Positions 1-7,979 of a stretch of DNA of 10,302 nucleotides are shown here, in pieces. This DNA is from Synechococcales cyanobacterium VAR_4_metabat_354. Its GTDB lineage: Bacteria; Cyanobacteriota; Cyanobacteriia; Cyanobacteriales; Chamaesiphonaceae. The notes under the pieces were generated by a model that was not told the origin of the DNA, ran no database searches, and saw nothing but the letters and a program-made list of their open reading frames with translations. Within the stretch, counting starts at the first letter, position 1; each line of letters opens with the position of its first letter. The stretch is from positions 1-10,302 of the forward strand of contig JANOQI010000055.1 of the NCBI GenBank assembly GCA_031414775.1. The letters run 5' to 3'. Both the position numbers and the translations under genes were made by a program.

Positions 1-187
1 TGCACCCTTACTAGGAATGGTTCGACACGTAGTTGAATTTACTATCTGCAACTTGAGTTATTTTAGCAAAAATGGTGCAACCCTAGTTTTTCTTTCTTGC
101 CTATCGGCAGACGGGGACTAAAGTCCCCCGAGTCGCTTCCCACTCAGGGCTAAAGCCACAGAGTTTCCCACATCCCGCACTATTACT
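1..187 (-). mobile_element. Probable left end of an IS200/IS605-family element (continues beyond the left edge of the window)
   Basis: The minus strand reads TCAT (191-188), 20 nt, GAAA (167-164), then the imperfect hairpin CTCTGTGGC-TTTA-GCCCTGAG (163-143). A second hairpin GGGGAC-TTTA-GTCCCC lies at 128-113. This target tetranucleotide / spacer / guide / subterminal hairpin layout mirrors the IS608 left end. GAAA-TCAT also fits the IS608 guide-target pairing pattern (AAAG-TTAC, GAAT-TCAA). No transposase or TnpB ORF is visible in the window. Confidence 0.65.
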
Positions 188-205
188 ATGAGAAAGTTAG
201 CTCAC

Positions 206-240
206 AAAAATTTCCCCAGTGCTACGACAGCCCAGGGAAA
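206..240 (-). terminator. Intrinsic terminator of the outer-membrane protein gene
   Basis: Minus-strand RNA reads UUUCCCUGG-GCU-gucgu-AGC-a-CUGGGGAAA followed by UUUUU. The stem includes G-U pairs that form only on this strand, and it starts 32 nt after the TAA at 275-273. Confidence 0.7.
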
Positions 241-272
241 TCAGAAACTAAACAATACAGAATCGCCAGACC

Positions 273-1463
273 TTAGAACCGGTAGGCAAAATTGATGCCC
301 ACATCAAAGCTGCTACCAGAAACAGATGAGCTACCTTTGAATCCGCCAGGACCGGAAACATCCAACGTGCCAGTCTTAGAAAAGTTGTAAGTACCGCTAA
401 GGCCAGCAATAAAGTCTGGAGAAATTTCATAATCGGCACCCACTAAGAGACCAATATTTGTTTCGTTGGTGTTGGTGTCAAAATTGCCAGCTTTACTAGA
501 GCCAGATGCAAATAATACTCTAGGGCCAATATATCCGCTGAGCTTTTTGTCAGCTGATTCAAAATCGTAAGTCACAGCTGCCCCATAAGCAACTCCAGCG
601 CCTGGCGTAAAGCCCACAGCTTCTGTGCGGGTAACAAATGAGATGTAACTGTTAGCCACAGTCAATGCAGTTTGACCCGCATTAGGATTAGTCAAAGCAT
701 TGTTGATTTGACTGGCGATCGTATCAGCTTGTGTATCGCTCAAAGTCACATTGTACGCGGTCTTAATTGCTGCTCTTTTTGCCACAGGAGTTAAGGCCGT
801 AAAAGTTGCTGGGTCAGTGGGATTTCCAATGGCATCAACCAAAATATTTTGTTCAGCAGTTCGGCTAGCAGGAGCCGCAGCCAAAGCTTCACTCGTGCGT
901 TTGGCAACATCATCAGCTTGCTGATCGTTCAAATTAAGATCAGTAAATAATTTCACCTGTGCTCTTTGCTGTGCCGGAGTCAAGGTAGTGAAGACAGGCA
1001 CAGGACCAGTTGTAGCAGCAATCAAAGCATTTTGTTCAGGAGTTCGAGTAGCCACAGGCTCGGCTAGAGCATCAGCTAACAGTGCATCGGCGTCTGCGTC
1101 AGTCAAAGTAAGAGTTGGATTTTGTTGGCGTACGATCGCTCTCTTCTGGTCTGGAGTCAAAAGAACTTTAGTATCAAAACTATTAGCAACACCACTTGCT
1201 ACAGCTTTACCAAAATCCCCACCACTAACATTAGGGGTATAACCAAACAGCACAATGGGTCTAAAAGATAGTGGTACACCTGGATTGGTAATCTTACCTT
1301 TAATACCAAAAGAAGTGCCACCACCACTGAACTCGATCGCTGGGCCTACCGAATTTAATTTCGTTTTGGATGCTTTTTCTTGAGCATTAGCACTACCAGC
1401 TATCAGAAGAGAAGAGAAGAGAAGAGAAGAGAAGAAAGCGCCACTAGACTTAATACGATTCAT
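273..1463 (-). CDS. Outer-membrane beta-barrel protein (predicted 8 strands) with Sec signal peptide and inserted helical-repeat domain, 396 aa
   Basis: ATG at 1463 gives MNRIK + hydrophobic core + ANA|Q signal peptidase I site. There are three amphipathic strands before the insertion (SVGPAIEFS, SFGIKGKI, LSFRPIVLFG) and five after it (VAYGAAVTYDF, LSGYIGPRVLF, IGLLVGADYEI, FIAGLSGTYNF, FDVGINFAYRF). The C-terminal Y-x-F is typical of BamA substrates. Confidence 0.85.
   Translation of the reverse strand: MNRIKSSGAFFSSLLFSSLLIAGSANAQEKASKTKLNSVGPAIEFSGGGTSFGIKGKITNPGVPLSFRPIVLFGYTPNVSGGDFGKAVASGVANSFDTKVLLTPDQKRAIVRQQNPTLTLTDADADALLADALAEPVATRTPEQNALIAATTGPVPVFTTLTPAQQRAQVKLFTDLNLNDQQADDVAKRTSEALAAAPASRTAEQNILVDAIGNPTDPATFTALTPVAKRAAIKTAYNVTLSDTQADTIASQINNALTNPNAGQTALTVANSYISFVTRTEAVGFTPGAGVAYGAAVTYDFESADKKLSGYIGPRVLFASGSSKAGNFDTNTNETNIGLLVGADYEISPDFIAGLSGTYNFSKTGTLDVSGPGGFKGSSSVSGSSFDVGINFAYRF
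654..1169 (-). repeat. Three diverged ~60-aa protein repeats within the barrel insertion
   Basis: Repeat 1: LTPDQKRAIV...LTDADADAL...ALAEPVATRTPEQNAL. Repeat 2: LTPAQQRAQV...LNDQQADDV...ALAAAPASRTAEQNIL. Repeat 3: LTPVAKRAAI...LSDTQADTI...AL. The LTP motifs start at aa 102, 161 and 224 (spacing 59 and 63). Confidence 0.85.
1405..1435 (-). repeat. Perfect pentanucleotide simple sequence repeat (CTTCT)6 in the signal-peptide coding region
   Basis: The plus strand is (AGAAG)6 plus A, 31 nt of perfect period 5. It encodes FFSSLLFSSLL (codons 10-20). Confidence 0.97.
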
Positions 1464-1784
1464 AATTTTGAGTTTAAAGGGGGTCTTTAAACACCATTCC
1501 CAAAATTTAAAAATTTTACACAAAAGCCCAGATATCTATGCAAGTTATTTCTTTAGCTGAGCGTGATCAATAATCCTGCTACTACGAAATATCACCTATC
1601 GATCAGTATTTACTTCTGAACCTGGACTGTCTTCGGAAAAACCAGCTTAAAACCAACACCCAACAAAGATCCCGGACTCTGTTAAGATATTGAAGATCAG
1701 CGTTAAGATATATCTCAATCTGCCGCGAACTGCTAAGGTTGAGACCCCCGACGTATTACACAATTGCTCATTCATAGCAGTTCT

Positions 1785-1790
1785 AGGAGA
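1785..1790 (+). promoter_or_regulatory. Shine-Dalgarno site for ado
   Basis: AGGAGA ends 10 nt before the ATG at 1801. Confidence 0.7.
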
Positions 1791-1800
1791 ATTACCACCC

Positions 1801-2496
1801 ATGGTGCAAATGGCAGCCAGTTTGGCACTTGACTTTCAAAGTGAAGCTTATAAAGATGCCTATAGTCGTATCAATGCGATCGTGATCGAGGGCGAAGACG
1901 AAGCTCACGACAACTACGTCAAGCTAGCCGACATGCTACCTGATCAAAAAGAAGAGCTAGTTAAGCTCTCCCGCATGGAACTCAAGCACAAAAAAGGCTT
2001 TGAAGCCTGTGCCAAAAACTTGAGCGTCGTCGCTGATCTTGGTTTTGCCAAAGAGTTCTTTGCCCCCCTCCACCGCAACTTTCAGATTGCCGCTGATGCT
2101 GGCAAACTGGTTACTTGCTTGTTAATTCAATCCCTCATCATTGAATGCTTTGCAATCGCCGCCTACAACATCTATATTCCCGTCGCTGACGATTTTGCCC
2201 GTAAAATCACCGAAGGCGTAGTCAAAGACGAATATATGCACTTAAACTTCGGCGAAGAATGGTTAAAAGCCAACCTAGATAGTGCCAAGGCCGAACTCCA
2301 AGAAGCCAACAAGCAAAATCTCCCTCTTGTGTGGAAAATGCTTAATCAAGTAGCTGGTGATGCCAAAGTACTGGGGATGGAAAAAGACGCTTTAATTGAA
2401 GATTTTATGATTGCATACGGTGAAGCACTCGGCAATATCGGCTTCAGTACCGGCGAAATTATGCGGATGTCTGCCTACGGATTAATGGGAGCCTAA
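1801..2496 (+). CDS. ado: Aldehyde-deformylating oxygenase, 231 aa
   Basis: Signature [17 protein letters not shown] and [43 protein letters not shown]; di-iron ExxH motifs (ELKH, EYMH); directly upstream of aar. Start placed at ATG 1801 because of the SD site and the typical ADO length. Confidence 0.98.
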   Translation: MVQMAASLALDFQSEAYKDAYSRINAIVIEGEDEAHDNYVKLADMLPDQKEELVKLSRMELKHKKGFEACAKNLSVVADLGFAKEFFAPLHRNFQIAADAGKLVTCLLIQSLIIECFAIAAYNIYIPVADDFARKITEGVVKDEYMHLNFGEEWLKANLDSAKAELQEANKQNLPLVWKMLNQVAGDAKVLGMEKDALIEDFMIAYGEALGNIGFSTGEIMRMSAYGLMGA

Positions 2497-2558
2497 GCAA
2501 AGCAACCACTGCTACTTTTCGATTCGAGTTCCACACTCCATTAGTTCAAAACCTACCC

Positions 2559-3590
2559 ATGTTTGGTCTCATCGGTCATCTCACCAGTTTAGAACACGCC
2601 AAAACTGTCGCTAAAGATTTAGGCTACCCAGAATATGCTGATCAGGGTCTAGATTTTTGGTGCAGCGCACCGCCTCAAACTGTCGATCACATCAAAGTAA
2701 CTAGCATCACCGGTCAGATGATCGAAGGCCAATACATAGAATCTTGCTTTTTGCCCGAGATGCTGGCCACCCGCCGGATCAAAGCCGCCATTCGCAAGAT
2801 TCTCAATGCGATGGCACATGCTCAAAAGCAGGGTATTGATATTACTGCTTTGGGCGGCTTCTCTTCGATCATTTTTGAAGAGTTTGACCTCAGCAACAAC
2901 AAACAAGTCCGCAATGTAGAACTAGACTTTGAGCGCTTTACCACCGGTAACACTCATACTGCCTACATTATTTGTCAGCAGGTCGAGCAGGGTGCACAAC
3001 AACTCGGCATCGATTTGACTACTGCTAAAGTTGCGGTCATCGGCGCCACTGGTGATATTGGCAGTGCCGTCTGTCGGTGGCTCACCACCAAAACAGCAGT
3101 CAAAGATTTACTCCTTGTGGCTCGCAATCAAGAACGGCTTCAAAATCTGCAAGGTGAGCTGGGCGGTGGTCAAATTCTTGATCTATCGATCGCTCTCGCT
3201 GAAGCCGATATCATTGTCTGGGTGGCCAGTATGCCCAAGGGAGTGAAAATCGACCCCAGCAAGCTCCAGCAACCTTGCTTACTCATTGATGGTGGTTATC
3301 CCAAGAATCTTGGCAGTAAAGTGCAGCACCCTCACGTCCATGTCATGAATGGTGGGATTGTCGAACATTCTTTGGACATTGATTGGAAAATCATGAACAT
3401 TGTCAGTATGGATGTACCAGCCAGACAGCTGTTCGCCTGTTTCGCTGAGTCCATGATTCTAGAGTTTGAAAAATGGCATACCAATTTTTCCTGGGGCCGC
3501 AATCAAATAACCGTGGCCAAAATGGAACAGATTGGCCAAGCTTCTGTTAAGCACGGCTTTCGTCCCCTGCTTTCTCTCGTTAGTGGCTAA
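2559..3590 (+). CDS. aar: Long-chain acyl-ACP reductase (aldehyde-forming), 343 aa
   Basis: N-terminus [24 protein letters not shown], nucleotide-binding [15 protein letters not shown], and catalytic Cys in FACFAE. Confidence 0.98.
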   Translation: MFGLIGHLTSLEHAKTVAKDLGYPEYADQGLDFWCSAPPQTVDHIKVTSITGQMIEGQYIESCFLPEMLATRRIKAAIRKILNAMAHAQKQGIDITALGGFSSIIFEEFDLSNNKQVRNVELDFERFTTGNTHTAYIICQQVEQGAQQLGIDLTTAKVAVIGATGDIGSAVCRWLTTKTAVKDLLLVARNQERLQNLQGELGGGQILDLSIALAEADIIVWVASMPKGVKIDPSKLQQPCLLIDGGYPKNLGSKVQHPHVHVMNGGIVEHSLDIDWKIMNIVSMDVPARQLFACFAESMILEFEKWHTNFSWGRNQITVAKMEQIGQASVKHGFRPLLSLVSG

Positions 3591-3617
3591 TTCGTTTACT
3601 TTATCCCCTGGATCGCT

Positions 3618-4598
3618 ATGGCAGTAGAACGCAAACCCCTGCTCCTGGACTTTGAAAAACCGCTCTTTGAGCTTCAGCAAAAAATTCAGAATATTCGCGA
3701 ACTTGCCGAAGAAAGTGGCGTCGATGTCTCTAGTCAACTCCAACCACTAGAGACCAAGTACGTGCAGCTGCAAGAAGAAATTTTCAGTAATCTAAATCCT
3801 TCTCAGCGCCTGCAACTAGCTCGTCACCCCCGTCGCCCTAGTACCCTGGACTATATTCAGGCGATTACTGATGAGTGGATTGAGTTGCATGGCGATCGCG
3901 GCGGTCGTGATGACCCAGCCTTAGTGGGAGGGATCGCCCGCCTAGATGGGATGGCTGTGATGATGCTCGGCCATCAAAAAGGTCGCGACACCAAAGATAA
4001 TGTTGCTCGCAACTTTGGGATGGCTGCCCCTAGCGGTTACCGTAAAGCCATGCGCCTTATGGAACATGCCAATCGGTTTGGAATGCCCATTTTAACTTTT
4101 ATCGACACCCCCGGAGCTTGGCCAGGCTTAGAAGGAGAAGAACTTGGCCAGGGAGAAGCGATCGCTTACAACCTGCGCGAAATGTTTTTATTAGAAGTAC
4201 CGATTATTTGTACAGTGATTGGGGAAGGCGGCTCTGGTGGAGCCTTGGGAATTGGAGTAGGCGACAGGCTACTGATGCTTGAACATTCCGTCTACACCGT
4301 AGCTACCCCCGAAGCCTGCGCCGCTATTCTATGGAAAGATGCTAAAAAAGCCCCCCAAGCAGCAGAAGCTCTCCGCATTACAGCTCAAGATCTAAAGCAT
4401 CTGAAGATTTTAGATCAAATTTTACCGGAGCCTTGGGGTGGTGCCCACGCCAACTCAATCAAAGCAGCAGAAACTTTGCGCCAGTCCCTAATTACTAATT
4501 TGAAAGAACTCCTCCAATTGAGCATCGCCGACTTGCAAGAACAGCGTTACCAAAAATTCCGGCAAATGGGAATCTTCCTAGAAGAAAAAACTCTGTAG
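3618..4598 (+). CDS. accA: Acetyl-CoA carboxylase carboxyltransferase subunit alpha
   Basis: [53 protein letters not shown] and PEACAAILW motifs. Confidence 0.98.
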   Translation: MAVERKPLLLDFEKPLFELQQKIQNIRELAEESGVDVSSQLQPLETKYVQLQEEIFSNLNPSQRLQLARHPRRPSTLDYIQAITDEWIELHGDRGGRDDPALVGGIARLDGMAVMMLGHQKGRDTKDNVARNFGMAAPSGYRKAMRLMEHANRFGMPILTFIDTPGAWPGLEGEELGQGEAIAYNLREMFLLEVPIICTVIGEGGSGGALGIGVGDRLLMLEHSVYTVATPEACAAILWKDAKKAPQAAEALRITAQDLKHLKILDQILPEPWGGAHANSIKAAETLRQSLITNLKELLQLSIADLQEQRYQKFRQMGIFLEEKTL

Positions 4599-4603
4599 CA
4601 TCA

Positions 4604-4644
4604 TGTTATAATTCCTCTAGCAATTATTAACAAAAGTTCACAAT
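4604..4644 (+). promoter_or_regulatory. Putative internal promoter for SDR-folE, with an HLR1-like direct repeat
   Basis: Consensus extended -10 TGTTATAAT at 4604-4612. It is followed by TTAACAAA-ag-TTCACAAT at 4627-4644, where each half is one mismatch from (G/T)TTACA(T/A)(T/A). Confidence 0.5.
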
Positions 4645-4677
4645 CGTAGAGTGATTTACTAATCTAAAAGATCGGCA

Positions 4678-5394
4678 ATGGCAAATAGAACAGCATTAAT
4701 TACTGGCGCAAGTAGTGGTATAGGCAAAGCCACCGCTTTAGCCTTTGCCAAAGCAGGCATCAATCTACTTCTAGTTGGTCGCTCCCAAAAGCGTTTACAG
4801 CCAGTATTAGCAGCAGCCACAGCAGCAGGGGTTCAGGTAAAAGCTTACGAAGTAGATCTTATCCAACTCGCTCTAGTCCGCTCACAAATCGCAGCAATTA
4901 TTAAGGACAATGGTTCTATAGATATCTTGGTTAATAGTGCCGGGACAGCATATACCAATCCGTTGATAGACACCCCCTTAACTGACTGGCAGAATATCAT
5001 TGACTTAAATCTGTCCAGTGTTTTGCAAGTGACACAAGGGGTATTGCCCCAAATGCGTCAGCAACGCTCAGGTAACATCATTAATGTAGTTTCAGTCGCT
5101 GGCCAACAAGTATTCCCAGACTGGGGGGCATATTCCGTAAGCAAATTCGGCCTCGTTGCTTTATCCAAAGCGCTGGCCATCGAAGAACGAGCTTACGGCA
5201 TTCGTGTTACAGCGATCTATCCTGGTTCAGTGAATACTCCTTTGTGGGATCAACAGCAGGTTCAGGCCGATTTTGATAGGTCAGCGATGCTCACAGCGGA
5301 AGCAGTGGCAGAATCGATTCTCTACAGTGCTAACGCACCACAGACTGCCACAATTCAAGAACTTACCATTATGCCCAGTGCTGGGACTTTCTAG
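4678..5394 (+). CDS. Classical short-chain dehydrogenase/reductase (probably NADPH-preferring)
   Basis: TGASSGIG, Arg after beta-2 (VGRS), NSAG and catalytic YSVSK; usual position between accA and folE. Confidence 0.93.
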   Translation: MANRTALITGASSGIGKATALAFAKAGINLLLVGRSQKRLQPVLAAATAAGVQVKAYEVDLIQLALVRSQIAAIIKDNGSIDILVNSAGTAYTNPLIDTPLTDWQNIIDLNLSSVLQVTQGVLPQMRQQRSGNIINVVSVAGQQVFPDWGAYSVSKFGLVALSKALAIEERAYGIRVTAIYPGSVNTPLWDQQQVQADFDRSAMLTAEAVAESILYSANAPQTATIQELTIMPSAGTF

Positions 5395-5424
5395 CTGGGC
5401 ATTATCATTCCTTTAACAATATCT

Positions 5425-6084
5425 ATGACTACCTCCAAACCCTCTATCAGACCCGATCGCAACACTAATTCCAGTGGCCAATCAGCGCAGGCAACTCATC
5501 AGAAACACAAGCACAATGATGACATGATGGCAGCAGTACGCACCATAATTCAAGGTGTAGGCGAAGACCCCGAACGAGAAGGGCTACTCAAAACGCCCAA
5601 ACGGGTTGCGGAATCCATGCGCTTTTTAACCAGTGGCTATGAGCAGTCCCTAGATGACATTATCAATGGTGCGATCTTTGATGAAGGTCACAATGAAATG
5701 GTTTTAGTTAGAGACATTACTTTTTTCAGCCTCTGTGAACACCATATGCTACCCTTTATGGGTCGTGCTCATGTCGCTTATATTCCCAACCAAAAAGTTG
5801 TTGGATTGAGCAAGCTAGCGCGAATCGTGGAGATGTTCTCTCGCCGGTTACAAGTACAAGAACGCCTCACCCGTCAGGTGGCCGAAGCCCTACAAGAAGT
5901 TTTAGAACCACAGGGAGTAGCAGTGGTAATGGAAGCTAGCCACATGTGTATGGTAATGCGCGGTGTCCAAAAGCCCGGTTCTTGGACTGTTACCAGTGCT
6001 ATGGTAGGAGCTTTTCAAGACGACCAGAAAACCAGAGAGGAGTTTTTAAACCTCATTCGTCATCAGCCAGCCTTCTTCGGATAG
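5425..6084 (+). CDS. folE: GTP cyclohydrolase I (type IA)
   Basis: [17 protein letters not shown], zinc-ligand motifs CEHH and [22 protein letters not shown]. Confidence 0.98.
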   Translation: MTTSKPSIRPDRNTNSSGQSAQATHQKHKHNDDMMAAVRTIIQGVGEDPEREGLLKTPKRVAESMRFLTSGYEQSLDDIINGAIFDEGHNEMVLVRDITFFSLCEHHMLPFMGRAHVAYIPNQKVVGLSKLARIVEMFSRRLQVQERLTRQVAEALQEVLEPQGVAVVMEASHMCMVMRGVQKPGSWTVTSAMVGAFQDDQKTREEFLNLIRHQPAFFG

Positions 6085-6114
6085 GAATAGCGAGCCAATA
6101 TCTGCGATTTTATA

Positions 6115-6145
6115 TACCAGCCAGCATTTTACAAGCTGGCTGGTA
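6115..6145 (+). terminator. Stem-loop after folE (terminator or 3' stabilising hairpin)
   Basis: Perfect 11-bp inverted repeat TACCAGCCAGC-9 nt-GCTGGCTGGTA, 30 nt after the folE stop. The U-tract is weak (AAATTTT follows). Confidence 0.6.
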
Positions 6146-6283
6146 AAATTTTAGCCCAGTTTGATATTCTCAAGGGTGCACATGGCATACTAGTGAGAAG
6201 TTAGCTTGTCATGGTGATCGATTAAGTAGAATACTCCAGTTAATTCGAGTCTGATAAATCACCCAATTTTCACTTCAGTGTAT

Positions 6284-7972
6284 ATGCTTGTTTGTCCCCA
6301 GTGCAGCTCGAACAATCCGCTCCATCACAAATTTTGCCAGAGGTGTGGTTTTTCTCTGGTTTGTCGTTGGGCCATAGTTGTCGATCATTCCCAAGATGAT
6401 GGGGAAACAACCATACCTCAACTAAACGATGGTCAGTTACCGGCTCGTTTATATCTGGGTGCTAGATATCAAAAACTCGACTTAGAAATCAAAGAATTAC
6501 CAGCACATACCACTCTAGTGAAAGTGCTGGACAGTTTACCCAGTCAGTCATCACCTCTACAAGAATTAATGAAGCAACAGCCTGTAGATCCTGATCCGGC
6601 CAGATTAGGACAGCTACCAGCTAATTTTCCAGAATGGGAGCTGTGGGAGCGGGGCGGCGTTAGCCAAGAAGCTCGGCCATACTTAGCCTTGCAACCATTA
6701 TTAGGTGAGCATATACCAAAGCTTTATGATGCCTGGCACCGCAATAACCAAGCGGTCTTAATTTTAGAAGCTAGAGACGGAGACACTACTCTTATCGATC
6801 GATGTCAAGAATTACAGCAGCTCCCATCCCAACTAGCTAACTGGTGCAATATACTATTGCGGCTTTGGGTTTATTTAGAACCCTGGGCAGTTAGATCAAG
6901 TTTGTTGGATTTAGATAATCTCTACGTTGACAATAACCAGCAAATTTATTGTCAACGACTCATCCCCGAAATAGTAACACAGCCTTTATCTCTGCAAGAT
7001 TTAGTAGATTTCTGGTTGAAAATACTACCAGATTCTAAGCTACGGTCATCTTTAGTCGAATTCATCAAAGAAAAAGAACACCTGACAGTCGAAAGCTTAA
7101 AGCAACATTTCCAGCAGATCTATGAGCACCCGGAAATCAACAGATCAACAGATAAAACTCTCGCACCAGTAACCGTCATCGGACTAGAAGCTGCTGCTGC
7201 TACTGATGTTGGCCAACAGCGAGACCACAACGAAGATTTTTACAGCATTGAAACTAACCACCGAATCAAACAAAATCCAGAGGGGGTAAATTCAGAATAT
7301 CAAGGTCTTTACATACTTTGTGACGGAATGGGGGGCCATGCAGCCGGAGAAGTAGCCAGCGCCATGGCTATCCAAAAACTACAAAATTATTGGGAAAAGC
7401 ACTGGCAGAATGTTCTACCCAGTGAAGAAGAAATTCAGCAAGCTATTTTTTTTACAAATCAGGCTCTATTTGAAATAAATCAAGACAAAGCCGGTAATGG
7501 CAGAATGGGTACTACTCTGGTCATGGTAATGGTACAAGATAACCAAATTGCCATTGCACATGTGGGGGACTCCCGCTGCTACATTTTAGAAACCAATGGT
7601 AGCCCAGTTCAAATTACGCTCGACCATGAAGTAGGGCAACGAGAAATCTTGCGCGGGGTAGAGCCAGAAATAGCTTACGGAAGACATGATTCGTACCAGC
7701 TCACCCAAGCGATTGGCCCTCGTGATGAAAACTCGATCGATCCAGAAGTCCAATTTTTCAGTCTCCGAGAAGACACGTTGATATTACTTGCTTCTGATGG
7801 CCTAACTGATCAAGATCTATTAGAGATTCATGGTGAAGAACTCCTCAGACCAATGGTACAGAAAGAAATCAGCTTATCAGTGGGAATCAATAAGTTAGTG
7901 GAATTTGGAAACAGTTATAACGGCCACGATAACATTACAGCTATTGCAGTTCTCGTTAACATAGACAAGTAG
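6284..7972 (+). CDS. PP2C/PPM-family Ser/Thr phosphatase with N-terminal zinc ribbon and degenerate kinase-like middle region
   Basis: N-terminal CPQC-x10-CQRC. PPM motifs TDVGQQRDHNED, CDGMGGH, MGTT, HVGDSR, ASDGL and GHDNIT from ~7181 onward. ATG 6284 is preferred over GTG 6278. Confidence 0.93.
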   Translation: MLVCPQCSSNNPLHHKFCQRCGFSLVCRWAIVVDHSQDDGETTIPQLNDGQLPARLYLGARYQKLDLEIKELPAHTTLVKVLDSLPSQSSPLQELMKQQPVDPDPARLGQLPANFPEWELWERGGVSQEARPYLALQPLLGEHIPKLYDAWHRNNQAVLILEARDGDTTLIDRCQELQQLPSQLANWCNILLRLWVYLEPWAVRSSLLDLDNLYVDNNQQIYCQRLIPEIVTQPLSLQDLVDFWLKILPDSKLRSSLVEFIKEKEHLTVESLKQHFQQIYEHPEINRSTDKTLAPVTVIGLEAAAATDVGQQRDHNEDFYSIETNHRIKQNPEGVNSEYQGLYILCDGMGGHAAGEVASAMAIQKLQNYWEKHWQNVLPSEEEIQQAIFFTNQALFEINQDKAGNGRMGTTLVMVMVQDNQIAIAHVGDSRCYILETNGSPVQITLDHEVGQREILRGVEPEIAYGRHDSYQLTQAIGPRDENSIDPEVQFFSLREDTLILLASDGLTDQDLLEIHGEELLRPMVQKEISLSVGINKLVEFGNSYNGHDNITAIAVLVNIDK

Positions 7973-7979
7973 CCCAGCA

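Noticed and set aside
98..187. Hairpin cluster read as a TnpB omega-RNA/right end, riboswitch or CRISPR repeat
   Set aside because: The matching tetranucleotide lies 5' of the guide and hairpin on the minus strand, which is left-end geometry. There is no regular repeat-spacer pattern. An ncRNA role cannot be fully excluded without flanking sequence.
248..439. 63-aa hydrophobic ORF overlapping the OMP 3' end in another frame
   Set aside because: Lies almost wholly inside a well-supported CDS, with no family resemblance or translation signal recognised.
988..1242. 84-aa plus-strand ORF
   Set aside because: Antisense shadow of the Ala-rich OMP repeat region.
273..1463. Calling the OMP an Opa orthologue or a transfer from Neisseria
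   Set aside because: The resemblance is limited to the repeat-derived SSLLFSS peptide and predicted barrel size. The strands look like cyanobacterial small barrels and the gene carries CGATCG sites, so convergence is the simpler reading.
1464..1523. 20-aa N-terminal extension of the OMP ORF (track start 1523)
   Set aside because: Non-ATG start, and it would bury a clean signal peptide that begins at ATG 1463.
1690..1800. 37-aa N-terminal extension of ado (TTG 1690)
   Set aside because: AGGAGA precedes ATG 1801, which gives the normal 231-aa length.
2649..3743. ORFs 2649-2906 (-), 3031-3246 (+) and 3459-3743 (-)
   Set aside because: They overlap conserved aar/accA in antisense or alternative frames and have no recognisable motifs.
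5946..6146. 66-aa ORF overlapping the folE 3' end
   Set aside because: Alternative frame of folE that runs through the downstream hairpin; no motifs.
7446..7453. T8 homopolymer in the phosphatase gene as a phase-variation tract
   Set aside because: Short, encodes ordinary Ile-Phe-Phe in frame, and is unremarkable in AT-rich DNA.
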